NCBI GenBank assembly: GCA_964016885.1
Contig: CAXHJY010001768.1
Span: 124,001-188,000, forward strand
DNA length: 64,000 nucleotides
Direction of reading: 5' to 3'
DNA from: Eledone cirrhosa
Lineage: Eukaryota
Below, piece after piece: positions 56,625 through 64,000 of this stretch; positions within the stretch are counted from its first letter, which is position 1, and each line of letters starts with the position of its first letter. Made by a program: the position numbers and the translations under genes. The notes below the pieces were generated by a model, which worked only from the letters and a program-made list of their open reading frames with translations, was not told where the DNA came from and made no database searches.

Positions 56625-58045
56625 TGATGACTGGAGAGACAGTGTGGTGTATGTAACAGTGGTGTGACTGGAGAGATAGTGTAGTGTATGTAACAGTAGT
56701 GTGACTGGAGAGATAGTGTAGTGTATGTAACAGTGGTGTGATTGGAGAGACATGGTGTATGTAACAGTGGTGTGACTGGAGAGACTGTAGTGTATGTAAC
56801 AGTGGTGTGGTGTGACTGAAGTGATAGTGTAGTGTATGTAACAGTGGTGTGACTGGAGAGACAGTGTAGTGTATGTAACAGTGGTGTGATTGGAGAGACA
56901 GTGTAGTGTATGTAACAGTGGTGAGACAATGTAGTATATGTAACAGTGGTGTGACTGGAGACAGTGTGGTGTATGTAACAGTGGAGTGGTGTTGTGACTG
57001 GAGAGATAGTGTGGTGTATATAACAGTGGTGTGACTGGAGAGACAGTGTAGTGTATGTAACAGTGGTGTGACTGGAGAGACAGTGTAGTGTATGTAACAG
57101 TGGTGTGACTGGAGAGATAGTGTAGTGTATGTAACAGTAGTGTGGTGTGACTGAAGAGATAGTGTAGTGTATGTAAGTGGTGTGGTGTGACTGGAGAGAT
57201 AGTGTAGTGTATGTAACAGTGTGGTGTGACTGGAGAGATAGTGTAGTGTGACTGGAGAGATAGTGTAGTGTATGTAACAGTGTGGTGTGACTGGAGAGAT
57301 AGTGTAGTGTATGTAACAGTGGTGTGGTGTGACTGGAGAGATAGTGTAGTGTATGTAACAGTAGTGTGGTGTGACTGAAGAGATAGTGTAGTGTATGTAA
57401 GTGGTGTGGTGTGACTGGAGAGATAGTGTAGTGTATGTAACAGTGTGGTGTGACTGGAGAGATAGTGTAGTGTGACTGGAGAGATAGTGTAGTGTATGTA
57501 ACAGTGTGGTGTGACTGGAGAGATAGTGTAGTGTATGTAACAGTGGTGTGGTGTGACTGGAGAGATAGTGTAGTGTATGTAACAGTAGTGTGGTGTGACT
57601 GGAGAGACAGTGTAGTGTATGTAACAGTGGTGTGGTGTGACTGGAGAGATAGTGTAGTGTATGTAACAGTAGTATGGTGTGACTGAAGAGATAGTGTAGT
57701 GCATGTAACAGTGGTGTGGTGTGACTGGAGAGACAGTGTAGTGCATGTAACAGTGGTGTGGTGTGACTGGAGAGACAGTGTAGTGTATGTAACAGTAGTA
57801 TGGTGTGACTGGAGAGACAGTGTAGTGCATGTAACAGTGGTGTGGTGTGACTGGAGAGACAGTGTAGTGTATGTAACAGTGGTGTGGTGTGACTGGAGAG
57901 ACAGTGTAGTGTATGTAACAGTAGTATGGTGTGACTGGAGAGACAGTGTAGTGCATGTAACAGTGGTGTGGTGTGACTGGAGAGACAGTGTAGTGTATGT
58001 AACAGAGGTGTGGTGTGACTGGAGAGATTGTGTAGTGTATGTGTC
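56625..58045. repeat. 37-42-bp minisatellite
   Basis: GTGACTGGAGAGAYAGTGTAGTGTATGTAACAGTG(GTGTG)GT units. Confidence 0.95.
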
Positions 58046-58422
58046 AATGGTGTGTTGTGAAGATAGAGGATCTATAGTGAATGGAGAGACAGTATGGTCT
58101 ATGTAGCCCTGGGTTAACCATTTTAACCATTAAACAAAATAAGCACCTTCTTAGGTCCTCTAATAAAGAGGATCCTCAAATAATCAAAATGTATTGAAGT
58201 TTTCATTTTGTGAGACCTACAGGTGTAATTTTTACTAGTGGCTTCTAAATGTTATACAGCTGAAGGCCTACAGTATGTCAGTGAAAGTAGAGGACATGGA
58301 GAGACTGTGGGGTGTGTTACAAATGTGATGCTCTAAGTTCTGTATTTAAAATGTAATATAAACAGAGGAGTTGCTGTACAGAAACTGATGAGAGGCTCCA
58401 GGTGAATTTGGATGCCTTCACT

Positions 58423-58565
58423 CAGGGCTCGATTTAATGTGGGCTAAATGGGGCCCCCTGCAGTGGTGAGCGCCATCAGCGACAGCCATAGCAATTTATT
58501 TGTGCCCTCAGCTGGATATCATTTTTTGCATATGCAGGCCCGCCCAAGGTCTAAACCCAACCCTG
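58423..58565. mobile_element. Possible hAT-like MITE
   Basis: CAGGGCTCGATTTA ... TAAACCCAACCCTG ends. Confidence 0.4.
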
Positions 58566-58724
58566 CCTCCACTGCAATAAAAGCTGTTAAAGAAATAACA
58601 ATAAGATGATTAAATATGTGATTATGGTTTATAGTACTCAAACAATTGCAGTGAAGTGTGTATAAGTGTATGCAGGGAAAATTCTATTATAACAAATTTT
58701 TCAGTATAACAATATTTTTTTTAG

Positions 58725-59150
58725 GCAAGATTGGTCAGGTGACCATGTCTCACTCATAAAGAACTGTTTCTGGCTTGTTTTCTATTGCGGGATGCCCTTC
58801 CTACTGCCAACCACATTCACAGTTTGAACTGGGTGCTTTTTGTCATGACACCTACATGACCACTTTACAGTGTAGGCTGGATGTTTTGAAGTACCAACAT
58901 AACTTTACAGAGTAAGGGTGGTGTGGGGTGTATATTGCATTAAGAGATGCCTACTGAGTGTATGTTAAGTCTGTGTGCAAAGGAAGGCAGGTCTTCTGTA
59001 TTACTGCATAGCGCCAAAGATCTCAATCCTGTGTCATTGTCTTAGAGGGGTGCAAATGTACAAGGTCAGCTTTTATCACCTCATCCCAGGTCTACCTACT
59101 CCGTAGCTTCCATCAATTTTGATCGCCCTGCACTTTTTTATACAGCTGTT
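58725..59150 (-). mobile_element. Older RTE LINE 3' fragment
   Basis: Reverse complement of 29200-29700 with divergence. Confidence 0.75.
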
Positions 59151-60324
59151 TAAAGGTGTGTATAAGATATGTCAGTAAAACATGGACAATGTATATAGGA
59201 AATAAATTATTTTGACCTGGATATAAATTACTATATCAGTAGAGTAACTTATATCTACTTGAGATATAGGTAAAAACTGGGTAAAAATGCAATAAAAATA
59301 ACAAACAAACAAAAAGATTACAAAGTAGGACTCCAAAAAATCAATGTAATTTCACAGAAGAAAAGGAAAGAAAATGAAATTGATGTTTCTGACTGTTGTC
59401 CTTTGTGAAGAAGTGACAGGAAAAAAAAACAATGTTGGGTCAAAGATGAAACATGTTGGAATGGCAGACAAGAAGTAAGTGGTGTAACAAAAGTGGTTTT
59501 TCAACAGAGAAGAGTGAGGTTGTGGTAGGGGAAATAAGCATGACAAACAGAAGAGAATGTACTGAAGTATGTTTATGTATGTCTAACGCCCAGATCTTTG
59601 CTCTTTTCACAGGGCCTGACCCCAGATATTCCCAATATTTACAGCTGTTACAACAACGATTATATTGGCACTAACTCATTTACCCACAGTCACCTCCTTC
59701 ATTAACTCATTCTACACTGCCTTAAAATTAACTTCCATCTTCTCCAACATCCACTTTCTAGTCATCATCATCATCAACATCATCATCATTTAATGTACAT
59801 TTTCCACTCTAGCATGGGTCAGACATCTATATTTCTATTAACTACACTGAACCATTCCATCTTTGTCTTTGACAAACCTTCAAACTCCTACCCAATGTTA
59901 CCTCATTCTACTCCTCACACAAAACCAGTTGTCCTTTACCCACAATTCCTCCACTTCCACTACTGCCTCTCCAAACTGGGGTTGACTTTAAAGTCCAGTT
60001 ACACTAATTGGCTCAACTCTTCTGACAGCAGTTGCCCCTAACCAGTGGTCCAGTAAGTAGTATATCCAATAATTTCACACAATGATCACCACTATCATTA
60101 TCACCACAACCACAACAACCACCTCCAACAACAACAACAACACCACCACCACCATCACTAACAACATTACCACCATCACCACAACAACCACCACCACCAC
60201 CACCACCATCACCAACAACACCATCACCACCACCACAACAACCACCACCACAACCATCACCACCACCACCACCATTACCACTACCAATACCATCATCACC
60301 AACAACAACACCACCAACAGCAAC

Positions 60325-61385
60325 TACAAATCATAACAAACTACAGATCATAACAAACTACAGTATTTATTTCAGAATCTAATTTTTTTTGTTATGATCT
60401 GTAGTTTGTTTATGATCTGTAGTTTGTTATGATCTGTAGTTTGTTATGATCTGTAGTTTGTTATGATCTGTAGTTTGTTATGATCTGTAGTTATGATCTG
60501 TAGTTTGTTATGACTGTAGTTTGTTATGATTTGTAGTTTGTTATGATTTGTAGTTTGTTATGGTTTGTAGTTTGTTGTGATCAGTAGTTTTATGATCTGT
60601 AGTTTGTTATGATCTGTAGTTTGTTATGATCTGTAGTTTGTTATGATCTGTAGTTTGTTATGATCTGTAGTTTGTTATGATCTGTAGTTTATGATCTGTA
60701 GTTATGATCTGTAGTTTGTTATGACTGTAGTTTGTTATGATTTGTAGTTTGTTATGGTTTGTAGTTTGCTATGGTTTGTAGTTTGTTGTGATCAGTAGTT
60801 TGTTATGATCAGTAGTTTGTTATGATCAGTAGTTTGTTATGATCAGTAGTTTGTTATGACTGTAGTTTGTTATGATCTGTAGTTTGTTATGATCTTAAGT
60901 TTGTTATGATCAGTAGTTTGTTATGATCTGAAGTTTGTTATGCTCAGTAGTTTGTTATGATCTGTAGTTTATGATCAGTAGTTTGTTATGATCAGTAGTT
61001 TGTTGTGATCTGTAGTTTATGATCAGTAGTTTGTTATGATCTGTAGTTTGTTGTGATCTGTAGTTTGTTGTGATCTGTAGTTTGTTATGATCTGTAGTTT
61101 GTTATGATCTGTAGTTTATGATCAGTAGTTTGTTGTGATCTGTAGTTTATGATCAGTAGTTTGTTATGATCTGTAGTTTGTTGTGATCTGTAGTTTGTTG
61201 TGATCTGTAGTTTGTTGTGATCTGTAGTTTGTTGTGATCTGTAGTTTGTTGTGATCTGTAGTTTGTTGTGATCTGTAGTTTGTTATGATCTGTAGTTTAT
61301 GATCAGTAGTTTGTTGTGATCTGTAGTTTATGATCAGTAGTTTGTTATGATCTGTAGTTTGTTGTGATCTGTAGTTTGTTGTGTT
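60325..61385. repeat. 17-bp tandem array (GATCTGTAGTTTGTTAT)n
   Basis: About 60 units at 60390-61385, plus 2-3 inverted units at 60325-60363. Confidence 0.95.
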
Positions 61386-61764
61386 GTGAAGATAAACAAC
61401 AATCTGGAGATGATGATAGAGATAATGGTGGTGTTGTGGTGATGATGGTGGTATGATAGTAGTATTGTAGTTACAATAATGGTAGCATGGTGGTGGTAGT
61501 AGTGGTAGAGCAATAATACTGTGATGTTGGGGTATGATGGTAGTAGGGTAGTAACAGTAATGGTAGTGTGGTGGTGGTATTTTGATGATGATGCTAGTGA
61601 TAGTAGTAGAGGTATAATAGTATGGTGATGTTGATGCTATGATGGTAGTTACAACAATGGTGTGGTGGTGATAGAGTGATGATGATGATGATGATAGTGA
61701 TAGTAACAGAGGTAATAGTGTGGTGGTGTTGATGGTGTGATGGTAGTATTGTGGTAATAATAAT

Positions 61765-61950
61765 AATTGTTTCTACGTTTGGCACAAGGCCAGCAATTAC
61801 CCAGTGTATTACTGGTACTTTATTTTATCGACCCCGTAGGGATGAAAGGCAAAGTTAACCTTGGCGGGATTTGAACTCAGACCGTAAAGGGCCGTAACTC
61901 TATGCTGCATAGCATGGTGTCCGACCTTCTACCGATACTGCCAATCCACG
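61765..61950 (-). mobile_element. SINE family B
   Basis: Full-length reverse-complement copy. Confidence 0.85.
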
Positions 61951-62034
61951 GTTGTGATGATAGTATGATGATGATGGTAGTGATAGTAATAGAGGTATAA
62001 TAGTGTAGTGATGTTGGTGGTGAAAAGTAACAAC

Positions 62035-62520
62035 AGTGATGATGGTGATAGTTATAATGATGGTGGTGGTGGTGGTAATAGTTATAGTGATGATGGTGGT
62101 GGTGGTAATAGTTATAGTGATGATGATGGTGGTGGTGATAGTTATAGTGATGATGGTGGTGGTAGTGATGGTGGTGGTGGTAATAGTTATAGTGATGATG
62201 GTGGTGGTGGTGGTGATGGTGATAATAGTTATAGTGATGATGGTGGTGGTGGTAATCGTTATAGTGATGATGGTGGTGGTGATAGTTATAGTGGTGATAG
62301 TTATGGTGGTGGTAATAGTTATAGTGATGATGGTGGTGGTGGTGATAGTTATAGTCATGATGGTGGTGGTGGTGATAGTTATAGTGATGATGCTGATGGT
62401 AATAGTTATAGTGATGATGGTGGTGGTGCTGATAGTTATAGTGATGATGGTGGTGATGGTGGTGGTAATAGTTATAGTGATGATGCTGGTGGTAATAGTT
62501 ATAGTGATGATGATAATGGT
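62035..62520. repeat. Minisatellite ATAGTTATAGTGATGAT(GGT)n
   Basis: Repeated constant core with GGT spacer. Confidence 0.9.
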
Positions 62521-63144
62521 GGCTGCGATAAAAATTTCGATAAGATTTATTTTACTATAACTTCACTACAAATCATTAGCCAGAAATATACAGAGAAAGA
62601 GATAACGTGTGTGTGTCTGTCTGTTTTTGTGTTTGTGTGTCTGTCTTTTATGTGTGTGTGTGAGTGTTTATGTCTGTCTTTTGTGTCTGTGTCTATGTTT
62701 GTGTGTGTTTGTGTCTATGTTTGTGTGTGTGTCTGTGTCTATATTTGTGTTTGTGTTTGTGTGTGTGTGTCTGTGTCTATGTTTATGTTTGTGTGTGTGT
62801 AAGCACATATTTTATAGGTCTAACCCTTGCTAGCCGGGGAAGTATACATATGGTGATGATGATGGTCACAGTTTGATCAGTGAGTAGACAAAATCATATA
62901 GAACATCAGGTAAGATACTTTATGGTAATTGATTCCATTCTTTACAATCTGAGTTAAAATCCAGCCAAGGTCAACTTTGTTTTTCATTATTTTCGAGTTG
63001 ATAAAATAAAGTACCAGTCAAGTACTGGGGTCAATTTAATAAATTGCTGAACTGTGACAACATGCAATGGACTAGCATGGCACTGTAGATACCAAAATCC
63101 CTGTCTAAATCTTCACCTAATGACGGGTGAAGTAAAACATTAGT

Positions 63145-63622
63145 TTAACCCTTTAGTTGCCAACCCAGCCATAACCAGCTCTGGTTCTATGTAATAAAAC
63201 CACCCATTTTTAAAGTTTCCCATTTAAATTAACATCTTAAAAATTAGAACCTTACATTAAGTTACTGTTTTAGTAATGAAATAATTAATAATTTTAATAA
63301 ATCCCTAAAAATTCTTCATTAATTAATTAAAATAGAGTGGTCATGAAAGGGTTACTATCTTGGTAATGAAATAATAATTTTAGTAAATCCCTCAAAATTC
63401 TCCATTAATTCATGACTACATTTCTAATTAAATACACTCTATTTTAATTAATTAATGAAGAATTTTGAGGGATTTACCAAACTTATTAATTATTTCATTA
63501 CTAAGATAGTAAGTTTTTTATATATAATTATGTTTTTATTTAAATTGGAAACCTTTAAAATGGGTGGTTTTATTTCATAAAACCAGAGATGGTTTTGGCT
63601 AGGTTGGTAACTAAAGGGTTAA
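63145..63622. mobile_element. piggyBac-like MITE family 2 (long TIR, composite)
   Basis: TTAA-CCCTTTAGTTGCCAACC ... GGTTGGTAACTAAAGGG-TTAA with ~85-bp inverted arms. Confidence 0.8.
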
Positions 63623-64000
63623 AGACAAGATCTATTCTAATCTGCATCGTCTATAATATTGTTCTAAAATATTTTGAACTCATTTTCATACATATGTAAG
63701 ACCCTTCTCTATAGTGATAGGGAACCAAGGGTCGGTGTGCCTGAGCTAGGCCGTGGAGTGCCACTAAGGGTTGATATGCCTGAGCTGGGCAATGAGTTGA
63801 GCTCCTGCTGGCCTACAAAATGGCTCAAACAGGTTGTGTTTATCACCTGTGCCAGCCAAACACCCTCCTATGCATCCCCATCGTGACATTGTGCTAGGTG
63901 TGAAAGCAAGAGGTCAGCGCTATAACCAATGCAATACTTGAATTGCACTATTCTAAAGTATATAAACTTGTGGCTGGACACCACTTGTGAAACCAATCGC

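Noticed and set aside
56469-58106. His/Cys-rich 495/487-aa ORFs
   Set aside because: Translations of the minisatellite with frame drift between units.
62008-62802. Gly/Asp/Ser-rich 264-aa ORF resembling a structural protein
   Set aside because: Derived from GGT/GAT minisatellite running into (GT)n; multiple frames open.
63674-63886. 70-aa ORF in GC-richer unique sequence
   Set aside because: No recognisable motif; includes a short internal repeat (TGCCTGAGCT); cannot be supported without transcript or homology data.

Overview
AT-rich, microsatellite-saturated eukaryotic non-coding DNA (intronic or intergenic). The repeat families (RTE LINE with RTE-tailed tRNA-SINEs, Nin/Deu-core SINEs, long (TA)n/(CA)n/(GAT)n tracts) resemble an octopus or other coleoid cephalopod genome; this is an inference. 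No host protein-coding exon could be supported, and almost all ORFs in the track are simple-repeat artefacts. Real coding remnants are all transposon-derived: a 5'-truncated RTE LINE with a PHD-type finger (26.9-29.8 kb), other RTE, CR1, L2-like and Vingi-like fragments, an internally deleted mariner, a maT-like remnant and several MITE families. Two systems stand out. (1) Two diverged Tx1-like retrotransposon 3' fragments are inserted in the same orientation and at the same nucleotide of the same variant of a 24-bp GATA-derived satellite (32.0-37.4 kb). (2) Several short Penelope-like elements sit in (TA)n tracts, carrying hammerhead-ribozyme cores, inverted termini and a shared ACTC..GAGT hairpin. 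Coordinates were read by eye and are approximate at degenerate ends.
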